Source: Planctomycetota bacterium (GTDB lineage: Bacteria; Planctomycetota; GCA-002687715; CAIWVZ01). From it: a DNA stretch of 64,000 nucleotides. The DNA is taken from assembly GCA_044222185.1 (NCBI GenBank), contig JBGANV010000006.1, positions 344,108-408,107 on the forward strand. The letters run 5' to 3'. Numbering within the stretch: the first letter of the stretch is position 1; each line of letters opens with the position of its first letter. The notes below the pieces were generated by a model. That model was given only the letters and a program-made list of their open reading frames with translations. It made no database searches and was not told the DNA's origin. Below are positions 22,183 through 31,497 of the stretch, in pieces. Position numbers and translations under genes: made by a program.

Positions 22183-22959
22183 TCACTTGATGCGCTTGAT
22201 GATGTGGAAGCCGAAGGGGCTCAGGTCCTTGTCGTAGGGCGTGATCGCCGCGTCGCCCACTTCGAGGGCGAATGCGACGGCCGTGAATCCTGCGACGAAC
22301 GTGGCGCGGTCGATGGCGCCCTCCTTCGGGTGACCGTCGTTCGCGAGGAGGTACTTGCCGGGCGGATCCGCGTTCTTCGAACCCGGGTCCTCCGTGTACT
22401 GCTTGACGAGGGCGCCGAAGTCGGCACCGTCCTTGACCTTCTGCAGGATCTCCTCGGCGAGCTTCTTCGCCTCTTCCGCCGTGCGCTTCTTCTCAGCCGG
22501 GTTCCGCGAGGGCTTGCCGTCCGAGCAGCCGATGAGGCAGTGCTGGACCGTCACCTCGTCCGGCTCGGGGCGCTTGAAGGCGAACAATGCGACGGAGAGC
22601 TCCTGTGAAGCATCGCCACGCTTGATGCTCACGGTGAACGTGTCGCCGGTCTTCTTGCGCGCCATCGCCTTCCGGTAGGACATGTCGTCGGTGATCTTGT
22701 CCGGGCCGATCGACACGATGACGTCGCCGACCTTCATGCCGGCCTTGTCGGCAGGCGAGCCGGCCTGCACCGACTCGACGCGGGCGATGCCCGACTTCTC
22801 GAGGGTGATGGTGTCGCACCGCACGCCAAGGCGCGGGTGATCCGGCTTGACCTCGGCGGGGCGACTCTCGGCTGCGGGCTGGGTCGCCGGACTCTTGTCC
22901 TGCGCGAAGCCGCACACTGCGATGAGCGAAACCAGGACTGGGGCCCACAAACGCGACAT
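22183..22959 (-). CDS. Exported PDZ domain + parvulin-type peptidyl-prolyl isomerase
   Basis: PDZ 'GSPADKAGMKVGDVI'; parvulin 'VQHCLI...GADFGALVKQYTEDPGS...SPFGFHIIKR'. Confidence 0.87.
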   Translation of the reverse strand: MSRLWAPVLVSLIAVCGFAQDKSPATQPAAESRPAEVKPDHPRLGVRCDTITLEKSGIARVESVQAGSPADKAGMKVGDVIVSIGPDKITDDMSYRKAMARKKTGDTFTVSIKRGDASQELSVALFAFKRPEPDEVTVQHCLIGCSDGKPSRNPAEKKRTAEEAKKLAEEILQKVKDGADFGALVKQYTEDPGSKNADPPGKYLLANDGHPKEGAIDRATFVAGFTAVAFALEVGDAAITPYDKDLSPFGFHIIKRIK

Positions 22960-23133
22960 GCTGATCCTCCGAAACGGGCCGGAAAGATACCCGCGTGGCG
23001 GTTTGGCCCAAAGCCCCGCGGGCGGGGCCAGTGACGGCGCGACCGCTATGATCCGGCCCACGCGCGGGAAAACCCCTTCGCGCCGCTGGCGCCGGGAACC
23101 GCAGGTCCGGTCCAAACGGAGACGTCTCCACCC

Positions 23134-25356
23134 ATGCCACGAGCCTTCCGTCCGAACGTGTTCGTCCAGTCGGGTTCTCTCGCGGTGATCCTCTGCGCCG
23201 TCGTTTGCGCCCAGGACGCCGGAAGGCTGACACTCGAGAGGCTCTACCATCCCACGTTGCGGCAACCGGTCGTCGGGACACCCGGGACTCAGCTCGCGTG
23301 GCTCGCGGACGGAGTCCTCCAGGAGACACGGGTCGATCGGCGCAAGCGGACGGTCGATGTGTTCCGCGTCGACCCCAAGTCCGGTGAGACGGCGCCGCTG
23401 GTGGATGCGCAGAAGGTCACGCAGGCGTTGTCCGCTGCGGGGGCGCCGGCCGATGCCCTCGCGGCGGCCGTCGCAGGCGGCGGTTTCGTGTGGAGCGACA
23501 TCCGGGACGCCTTCGTTCTCGACATCGGCGGCGACCTCTTCTACATGTCCCTCGCCATGGGCAAGGCTCAGCGGTTGACCAACCGACCGGGCGAGGAAGA
23601 GGAAGCGACGTTCTCACCGAGCGGAACCATGGTCGCGTTCGTGCGCGCGAACGACATCTACGTGTCGAACGTGGCCGATGGCGTCGAGACGCGCCTCACC
23701 CAGAACGGATCTCCGACGCAGCTGAACGGGAAACTCGACTGGGTCTACCAGGAGGAGATCTACGGCCGCGGCAACTGGAAGGGGTATTGGTGGTCGCCGG
23801 ATTCGAAAGCGATCGCCTACCTGTCGCTCGACGAAAGCAAGGTGCCCGCGTTCACGGTGCTCGATCACCGCACGCTCCATCAGGACGCGCACACGGCGGC
23901 GTATCCCAAGGTCGGCGATCCCAATCCACTCGTGAAGTTGGGTGTGGTCGCGGCCGCTGGCGGCCCGACCGTGTGGACGAAGATCCCGCAGCCACTCGAC
24001 GATGCATTGATCGTCAACGTCGGGTGGACGCCGGATGCGCGTCTCCAGGCGCAGGTGCAGAACCGCGCGCAGACCTGGCTCGAGCTTCGGACGTTCGCTT
24101 CCGATGGTGAGTCCTCGGTCGTCATTCGCGAAACGACGAAGGCGTGGGTCGAGCGCCTCGAGATGCCCCTGTGGCTGAAGGATGGGTCGTTCCTCTGGGA
24201 GAGCGATCGAGACGGACGTCATCACGTCTACCGCGTCGCCGCCGATGGGAAGCTGCTGAACGCGGTGACCGCGGGCGCGTGGGACGTTCGCAAGGTGCAC
24301 GGCGTCGATGCGCGGCAGGAGGTGCTGTATTTCAGCGGAACGGAGCGCTCGGCGATCGGGGAGGATGTGTATCGCGTCGCTCTCGACGGGACGAAGCTGA
24401 AGCGGCTGACCGAGGCGGCGGGCACCCACTCGCAGGTGAGATTCAGCCCGGACTTCCGGTACTTCGTCGAGATGTGGAGCGACGTCAACACGCCGGCGCA
24501 GCAATCGATTCGCGACAACGAAGGCAAGCTCGTGCGCGTCGTGGACGCCAACGAGTCGCCCGCGTGGGCGGCGGTGAAGAAGGCGCGGATTTCGTTCCAG
24601 CAGGTGCAAACGCACGACGGGTTCCCGATGGAAACCATGTTGATGCTTCCGCCGGACCTGGATCCCGAGCATCCGCCCGAGGGGAAGAAGTTCCCCGTGC
24701 TGTGCTTCATCTACGGCGGGCCGTCGACGCCGATGGTGAAGAACATGCTCAACCGGTACGTGCTGTTCCACACGCTGCTCTGCCAGGAGGGCTACATCGT
24801 CTGGGTGTGCGACAACCGCTCCGCATCAGGCAAGGGGTGGGGCAGTGCGTGGGGCGTGTGGAAGAACATGGGCGAGCAGGAACTGGCCGATCAGCTCGAG
24901 GGTCTTGCCTGGCTCAGGCAGAAGCCGTTCGTCGATTCGTCGCGCGTCGGCATCTGGGGTTGGAGCTATGGCGGATACATGACGCTGTACTCGCTCACGC
25001 ACAGCGATCAGTTCAAGATGGGAATCGCCGGGGCGCCCGTCACCGACTGGCGTCTGTACGACTCGATCTACACCGAGCGCTACATGGGGCTCCTCTCCGA
25101 GAACGAGGCCGGCTACGTGAAGTGCTCGCCGCTGGGTTCGGTCGCGAACCTGTCGGGGAAGCTCCTCGTTCTTCACGGCACCATGGACGACAACGTTCAT
25201 CCGCAGAACACGCTGCGCCTGCTCGACGAGATCCAGCGGCTCGGGAAGTCGTGCGAGCTGATGCTCCTGCCCGGGTCGGATCACTCCCCGCGCACCCCGC
25301 CGAATCAGTGGGGTCAGTACAAGACCATGTACGACTTCATCAAGCGGGAGCTGTGA
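23134..25356 (+). CDS. Dipeptidyl peptidase IV-like S9B peptidase
   Basis: 'DWVYQEE', 'GWSYGG', 'HGTMDDNVH', 'GSDH'. Confidence 0.93.
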   Translation: MPRAFRPNVFVQSGSLAVILCAVVCAQDAGRLTLERLYHPTLRQPVVGTPGTQLAWLADGVLQETRVDRRKRTVDVFRVDPKSGETAPLVDAQKVTQALSAAGAPADALAAAVAGGGFVWSDIRDAFVLDIGGDLFYMSLAMGKAQRLTNRPGEEEEATFSPSGTMVAFVRANDIYVSNVADGVETRLTQNGSPTQLNGKLDWVYQEEIYGRGNWKGYWWSPDSKAIAYLSLDESKVPAFTVLDHRTLHQDAHTAAYPKVGDPNPLVKLGVVAAAGGPTVWTKIPQPLDDALIVNVGWTPDARLQAQVQNRAQTWLELRTFASDGESSVVIRETTKAWVERLEMPLWLKDGSFLWESDRDGRHHVYRVAADGKLLNAVTAGAWDVRKVHGVDARQEVLYFSGTERSAIGEDVYRVALDGTKLKRLTEAAGTHSQVRFSPDFRYFVEMWSDVNTPAQQSIRDNEGKLVRVVDANESPAWAAVKKARISFQQVQTHDGFPMETMLMLPPDLDPEHPPEGKKFPVLCFIYGGPSTPMVKNMLNRYVLFHTLLCQEGYIVWVCDNRSASGKGWGSAWGVWKNMGEQELADQLEGLAWLRQKPFVDSSRVGIWGWSYGGYMTLYSLTHSDQFKMGIAGAPVTDWRLYDSIYTERYMGLLSENEAGYVKCSPLGSVANLSGKLLVLHGTMDDNVHPQNTLRLLDEIQRLGKSCELMLLPGSDHSPRTPPNQWGQYKTMYDFIKREL

Positions 25357-25372
25357 CGCGGAGGTCGCGGTT

Positions 25373-26145
25373 CGGAGCGCCAGGCTTCGAGCCTGGCCGG
25401 ACCGGCAGGGCTCCAGCCCTGCCGCGGGTGTGGGCTGGCGTGAGCAAGCGGGCTGTCACGGGCAGCCTGAACTCGTCGCGTTTGCCGGTGGCGGGTCTGC
25501 GGAGGTCGCGAGTTCGCGTCAGGGCTGGAGCCCTGCCGAACCAGCCACGCTGGAGCGCGGCGTTCCGGAGCGCCAGGCTTCAGGCCTGGCTGGACCGGCA
25601 GGGCTCCCGCCCTGCCGCGGGTGTGGGCTGGCGTGAGCAAGCGGGCTGTCACGCGCAGCCTGAACTCGTCGCGTTTGCGTGTGGCGGGTCTGCGGAGGTC
25701 GCGAGTTCGCGTCAGGGCTGGAGCCCTGCCGAACCAGCCACGCTGGAGCGCGGCGTTCCGGAGCGCCAGGCTTCAGGCCTGGCTGGACCGGCAGGGCTCC
25801 CGCCCTGCCGCGGGTGTGGGCTGGCGTGAGCAAGCGGGCTGTCACGGGCAGCCTGAACTCGTCGCGTTTGCCGGTGGCGGGTCTGCGGAGGTCGCGAGTT
25901 CGCGTCAGGGCTGGAGCCCTGACGAACCGGCCGCGCTGGAGCGCGGCGTTCCAGAGCGCCAGGCTTCGAGCCTGGCTGGACCGGCAGGGCTCCCGCCCTG
26001 CCGCGGATGTGGGCTGGCGTGAGCAAGCGGGCTGTCACGGGCAGCCTGAACTCGTCGCCTTTGCGTGTGGCGGGTCTGCGGAGGTCGCGAGTTCGCGTCG
26101 GGGCTGGAGCCTGACGAACCGGCCGCGCTGGGCGCGGGCGTTCCG
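25373..26145. repeat. REPIN/BIME-like tandem array 2, left part: 4 x 193 bp
   Basis: Units start at 25373, 25566, 25759 and 25952; each is a forward ~54-bp double-hairpin head, a spacer, and an inverted copy of the head. Confidence 0.95.
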
Positions 26146-28090
26146 CCCCAGTGTCAGGGTAGTTGCCGCCTCGGTCGAGGGGCCGCGGGGTTCCCTGCCC
26201 GGCTCCGAGCCGGGCGGGGCGCGACCCCTGCTCGAGCACGCCCTCAAGGCGTGCTCGTTTGCCCCCCGGGGGGGGCAAAAAAATCTTCTCCGCAAGGAGA
26301 TCACGGATCGGGGGCGAAGGAGAGCTCTGGGTGATTCACAGCGAAGGCTTCAAGGAACGGATTCTCCAGCGGATCTTCGGGCCCGAGGAGCGAAAGATCA
26401 CGGCCCTCCTGAGGAACTGGGAATCGCCCGAAGTACGTTGAGGCACTGGGTTCAGTTGGCGAATAGAGCCCTCCCCATGGGAACCCACAACGACGAGCAG
26501 CGCGAGAACCCCATGAGTCGAAGCGGTGGAGTGCTGCGGAGAAGCTGCAAGTCGTCATGGAGGCATCGTCGATCCCTCAAGTCGAGCTCGGCGAGTTCTT
26601 GCGCCGCAGAGGCGTTCACAGGAGCGGACCTCAATGCCTGGCGCACGATCGTGACGGCAGCCGCCTCAGATGGCTTGGACGGCACGCGCTCCTCGACGAA
26701 GGCCGCCGCTACAGCCGCACGCCGGATCAAGGAGACTCGAGACGGATCTGGCGAAGAAGGAGAAGCGGCTGCGAGCCGTCGGGCTCTGCTCGACCTCCAA
26801 AAAAAAGTCTGCGAAATCTGGGGGGGACGCGGACGAGCCCACCCAGCCGAAGAGCGATCCATGATCATGAACCTCCTCGCGGATGCTGTGGCTGGTGGAG
26901 CGAGCCAGGCCGAGGCATGCAGATCTTGGACATCAGCGAAACGACCATCCAGCACTGGCGCAAGCAGCCCAGTGGCACCCGATCACCGCACGGGGCCCAA
27001 GCAACCACCGAAGAACAAGCTCACTGCGGCAGAGCGGCAGGAGGTCACACCCTCGTGACATCGCCGGAGTTCCGCGACCTCCCGCCAAGCCAGATCGTTC
27101 GAGGCTCGCCGATCGAGAGATTTACGTTGCTTCTGAGTCCACGATCTACCGGATCCTGCGCTCGGAAGGGATGCAGCATCACCGAGGGGCCTCGCGGGCG
27201 CCAGCGACACGGAAGCGACCACGCGAGCTTCGGGCGACAGCCAAGAACCAGGTCTGGAGCTGGGACATCACCTACCTGCGGTCCCCTATAAAGGGCGTCT
27301 TTTCTACCTCTACGTCGCGATCGACGTGTGGAGTCCGAAAGATCGTCGGATGGGTGATCGAGTCGGAAGACACCGCTCACTCCTCGTGCTTCATTGCGGC
27401 GGCGTGTGCCCGTGAAGGGGTCTCGCGCGGCGATCTCGTCATCCACTCGGACAACGGCAGTCCGATGAGGGGCGCGACGTTGCTCGCCACGCTGCAGTCG
27501 CTCGGCGTGGCGACGTCGTTCAGTCGCGAGCGTGAGCAACGACCAATCCCTTCTCGGAGTCGCTGTTCTGCACGCTCAAGTACCGGCCGGAGTTCCCCAG
27601 CGGGCCCTTCCCGTCGGTCGCACACGCGCGTTCGTGGATGGTGACGTTCACACGCTGGTACAACACCGAGCATCGACACAGCGGCATCCGCTTCGTCACG
27701 CCAGAGGAACGCCATAGCGGTCGCGAAGCGTCCTTGCTCGAGGGGCGCAGCTGCGTCTACGAGAAGGCGCGCGCCATGCGCCCTGAGCGCTGGACAGGTG
27801 ACACGAGAAACTGGTCGCAGATCGAAGCCGTGACGCTCAATCCAGAGCCCGAGCCGAGAGCGAGACAGAACGCATGAGGCTCGCTTCGAGGTCAACGCGA
27901 CCGGAACGTCCCAGGCGCTGGCAGTCGGCTCGGGTCGAACTGGGCGCCTCCTGCGAGGTCGACCGGCGACCCCGCTGGTCGTTCGCGCCGTCATCGGCCT
28001 CTGCCGAGGTCGATCATGGCCGCGCCGCAGGCGCGGCGCCTTGCGGGTCAGACACGACCCATTGGGCAGCAACTACCTTGACACTTGCCG
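26146..28090 (+). mobile_element. IS3-family-type insertion sequence (~1.94 kb) inserted in repeat array 2
   Basis: Inverted repeats AGTGTCAGGGTAGTTGCCGCC (26150) and, on the reverse strand, AGTGTCAAGGTAGTTGCTGCC (ends 28085); TCCG at 26142-26145 and 28091-28094; DDE transposase inside. Confidence 0.88.
26331..27877 (+). pseudogene. IS3-family transposase (OrfA/OrfB), multiply frameshifted as sequenced
   Basis: Fragments 'HSEGFKERILQRI', A-run slippery site 'CAAAAAAAAG' near 26798, 'WSWDITYL', 'HSDNGSPM', 'SESLFCTLKY', 'WYNTEHRHSGIRFVTP' fall in several frames. Confidence 0.85.
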
Positions 28091-28092
28091 TC

Positions 28093-28290
28093 CGGAGCGC
28101 CAGGCTTCGAGCCTGGCTGGACCGGCAGGGCTCCAGCCCTGCCGCGGATGTGGGCTGGCGTGAGCAAGCGGGCTGTCACGGGCAGCCTGAACTCGTCGCG
28201 TTCGCAGGTGGCGGGTCTGCGGAGGTCGCGAGTTCGCGTCAGGGCTGGAGCCCTGCCGAACCAGCCACGCTGGAGCGCGGCGTTCCGGAG
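28093..28290. repeat. Fifth 193-bp unit of repeat array 2 (right of the IS)
   Basis: Near-identical to the unit at 25373. Confidence 0.93.
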
Positions 28291-28305
28291 AGGTTCACGA
28301 GCGCC

Positions 28306-29259
28306 TCACCGCGGCGTGAGCAGCACCTTCACGGACCGGGGATCGGCGGCGAGCGCGAGCGCCTCGACTCCGCGCGAAAGCGGCAGGCGCGCCGTGATCA
28401 GCGGGCGCGGGTCGACGACGCCGCTTTCGAGTAGGCGGATGGCCGGTTCGACCGGCCCGCAGCGGGAACCGATCACCGTCACCTCGTCGATCACCCAGGG
28501 CGTGGGCGATTGAGCCGACTGTCCGTGGATCGTCGTCTTCAACACGATCGTCCCGCGAGGGCGGACGAGGCGTGTCGCGAGCCCGAGCCCTTCTGAGTTG
28601 CCCGTGCAATCGACGACGACGTCCGCGCCCGCGTGGTCTGACGCGTCGTCGAGCGTCACGCGAACCACACCGGGCGGAAGCAGCTCCAGTCGCGCCGCAC
28701 TGCGGCTCACGCCCACGACTTCCGCACCCGTCAGGGCGAGCACCCGCGCGCACAGCTGGCCGAGGCGTCCAAGCCCCAATACGACGACGCGCGCGGACGG
28801 CCGCAGGTGGAGTTGCTCCAAGATCTCGCAGGCCGCCGCCAGTGGCTCGACGAACACGGCCGCGTCATCGGACACGGTCGAGGGCACGCGATGAAGGTTC
28901 GAAACCGGCAGGCGGAACCTGTCTGAGAACGCCCCGTCGCGCCCAAGGATCCCGAGAACGGTTCGCTGCGGGCAATGGGTTCGGCGTCCCGAAAGACACG
29001 TCGGGCAGCGGCCACACGGGCAGTTGATGTCCCCCACGACCCGCGCGCCGATCCACGCCGAGTCCGGCGCGGCTTCGACGACGCCGACCCACTCGTGTCC
29101 GAGGACGCCACGGTGATCCATGTAACCCTTTGCGAGTTCCAGGTCCGTCGCACAGATGCCGCCTGTCGTGAGGCGGATCACGGCCTCACCCTCCGCGACG
29201 GGCTCAGGCCAATCCGACGATGCGACCGGGCCGTCGTTGGTCAGGACGAGTGCGTGCAT
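28306..29259 (-). CDS. Zn-dependent MDR-family alcohol dehydrogenase-like protein
   Basis: 'GICATD', 'GHEWVG', structural Zn 'CGRCPTC...C', 'EPLAA', 'GLGRLG'. Confidence 0.9.
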   Translation of the reverse strand: MHALVLTNDGPVASSDWPEPVAEGEAVIRLTTGGICATDLELAKGYMDHRGVLGHEWVGVVEAAPDSAWIGARVVGDINCPCGRCPTCLSGRRTHCPQRTVLGILGRDGAFSDRFRLPVSNLHRVPSTVSDDAAVFVEPLAAACEILEQLHLRPSARVVVLGLGRLGQLCARVLALTGAEVVGVSRSAARLELLPPGVVRVTLDDASDHAGADVVVDCTGNSEGLGLATRLVRPRGTIVLKTTIHGQSAQSPTPWVIDEVTVIGSRCGPVEPAIRLLESGVVDPRPLITARLPLSRGVEALALAADPRSVKVLLTPR

Positions 29260-29414
29260 GAGCGGGAGCATGCGATCGCCGACGCGAGATGTCCAGAGGC
29301 GCTGGCTCCTGAACCGTAGACGCCGATGCCGGCTGTCGTGTTGCACGATTCGCGCGCTCCCTCCCGATTTCCGTGCTGCAAGTATCATGCGCCCACCCTG
29401 CCCGAACCGTTCCC

Positions 29415-31460
29415 ATGCCCGGAACGCTTCCATTCCATTCGTATCCCGCGCGTCTCGCGATCGCCGTGTGCCTCGTCTTCGCCGTGGCGAGTTTCGCGAC
29501 GCTCTCGCTTGGCTCAGACCTCGCCGATCACGGCGTGATCACGAGCGACGCACGCGCGCTCGTCGCGGCCGAGCAACTCGCGAAGTCCGCGGGCGCCGCG
29601 TTGGGCGGACTGCAGGTCGAGGATGCGCGCCACGAGATCGGACTCGCGCCGTCGTGGTACGTGCGACACCCGAGCGGTGGCGTCGGCCTGCTGGCGGCGG
29701 TGCTGCGCGCGGGGGGTACGGTGGCGATGGTCCGCGCTGCGGCCATCATCGGTACGTCCCTCGCACTGCTCGCCTTCTTCCTCCTCGTCGAACGGGCGAC
29801 CGGCGACGCGCACCTGGCGCTCGCAGCCCAGCTCTTGCTCGCTGCGTTCCCGCCCGTGTTCCTCATCTCGGATTCGCTCCAATTTCACGCGCAGGCATTG
29901 TTTGCGAAGGCGGTCGCCTGCGCCTTCCTCGGCGTTGCGTGCACCATGACCGGGCGAGGGCGCGCGGTCGCGCTCGTGGGCGCGGCCGCGAGCGCGTTCT
30001 CCGCGATCGCGTGGCTCGGGCTCGAGACCCTCCCTGCCATCGGCCTGATGTCGGTCGTCGCACCGCTCATCCTCGGTTCGGGGGCGGTGCGGGGTCGCGT
30101 GCGCGACGCCGTCGTGTTCGGCTCGATCATCGCCGTCTCGATGGCCGGCGCAGCTCTGTGGCGGCTGTCGACGACGGCGGCGACGTGCGGGGGTACCGTC
30201 GGCGACGCCCTGGAGTCGGTGTTCGAGTCACTTCGCAAGCGTTCGGGGGACGGCGGTGGCGAATCGGGGGCCGAGCCCTACGCCGTCACCGTGCTGGCGC
30301 GCCTCGCGACGTTCGCGCCCGCGCACGTGGTCGTCGTGCTGCTCGGCGGCCTGGCGAGCGTGGTCCTGCGGCGTCGAGGCGGAGCGGGACGCGGCCCGCG
30401 ACTCCTGATGGCGTTCGCGTCGTGCGAGTTGCCGTACTTCGCTGCCATGCGCGAACACGTCTGGAGCCACGCCCACACCGTCGTTCACGCAGGTTTCACC
30501 GTGGCGCTCGCGTCGGCGTTCGCGACGCAGCAGATCGCGCGGCTTCTTGGTCGACGGCTCGTGCCGGTTGCGTGGGTCGTGGTGCCCGTCGCCGCGGTTG
30601 CGGCGTGCGCCGCCATCGGCACGCTGACGACGTCGGGCGACCTCACGACCCCCGTCATGCGAGGGCCGACGGCGGCCCTCTCCGAGCGCTTCGACGACGT
30701 GGCGGATCATCTGCCCTCCGACGCCGTCGTCGTCCTCGCGTCGGACGCGCCACCGGACTGGGCTCTCGCCATGTTCTGTGCCCGTCGCCACCTGACGTTC
30801 GTCGGGGCTGCCACGGGGCAGGCGCCGCCGCCACGGATGCTCCTCGGCGCGATCGGCCGCCTCACCGACCGACCGTGCTACGCGTTGACGCCGACCGACG
30901 AATCCCAGCCGCTCTTCTGGGAGCTTCTGTTTCGCCACGCGTTCGTCGCGGGCAATGCGCGCTACTCGCTCTTCGCGGTCGCCAACGTGAGGGTGGCGGA
31001 CTCTCGCAGCGGCGCCCGTACGCTCGATCCCGGCGACCTGCGCCTGGCGCGGCTCGTATCGCCGATGCTCTCGCTCCGTTACCCGCTTTTTCGCCGTTCG
31101 GGCACGGAGATGAATCTCCACGCACCGCCGCCGGCCGCCGGCGCGACGGTCGTGGAGATCCCGATGCCGGAGTCGCGGCACTCGATCGCGCGCGTCCGCG
31201 GTCGCTTTCGCTACCCGGCCAACCGGAACTTCGCCCAGCCGAGTCTCGACATCACCATCGAGGGCGTCGACGCCGAAGGGCGGCCCGTGTTCTCCTCGGA
31301 GGCGATGCGCATGAGCCCGGGCGACCCCGAATGCGAGGTCACCGCGGACTCCCGCGGTCATCATGACGCCACGCACCTGCGATTGCGGCTTGCGACGGCC
31401 CCCGGCTCGCAGAACAACTACGCGGCGAAGGTGACGTGCTCGTCGCTCGCGGTGGAGTGA
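29415..31460 (+). CDS. Polytopic membrane protein with soluble C-terminal region (possibly GT-C/ArnT-like glycosyltransferase)
   Basis: About 10 hydrophobic segments, 'WYVRHP' loop; function is inference; start could be 29373. Confidence 0.6.
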   Translation: MPGTLPFHSYPARLAIAVCLVFAVASFATLSLGSDLADHGVITSDARALVAAEQLAKSAGAALGGLQVEDARHEIGLAPSWYVRHPSGGVGLLAAVLRAGGTVAMVRAAAIIGTSLALLAFFLLVERATGDAHLALAAQLLLAAFPPVFLISDSLQFHAQALFAKAVACAFLGVACTMTGRGRAVALVGAAASAFSAIAWLGLETLPAIGLMSVVAPLILGSGAVRGRVRDAVVFGSIIAVSMAGAALWRLSTTAATCGGTVGDALESVFESLRKRSGDGGGESGAEPYAVTVLARLATFAPAHVVVVLLGGLASVVLRRRGGAGRGPRLLMAFASCELPYFAAMREHVWSHAHTVVHAGFTVALASAFATQQIARLLGRRLVPVAWVVVPVAAVAACAAIGTLTTSGDLTTPVMRGPTAALSERFDDVADHLPSDAVVVLASDAPPDWALAMFCARRHLTFVGAATGQAPPPRMLLGAIGRLTDRPCYALTPTDESQPLFWELLFRHAFVAGNARYSLFAVANVRVADSRSGARTLDPGDLRLARLVSPMLSLRYPLFRRSGTEMNLHAPPPAAGATVVEIPMPESRHSIARVRGRFRYPANRNFAQPSLDITIEGVDAEGRPVFSSEAMRMSPGDPECEVTADSRGHHDATHLRLRLATAPGSQNNYAAKVTCSSLAVE

Positions 31461-31497
31461 CGAGCACGCCGGCCGCCCCCGTGATCGTCCACCCGGG

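Noticed and set aside
25314-27058. Repetitive ORFs through array 2 (e.g. 459 aa at 25679-27058, 561 aa at 24144-25829)
   Set aside because: They are translations of the DNA repeat and IS in several frames on both strands, with no RBS or recognisable domain.
25373-28290. CRISPR array
   Set aside because: The sequence between the palindromic heads is near-identical from unit to unit (no unique spacers), units are 116-206 bp, and no cas genes are present. The same applies to the other three arrays.
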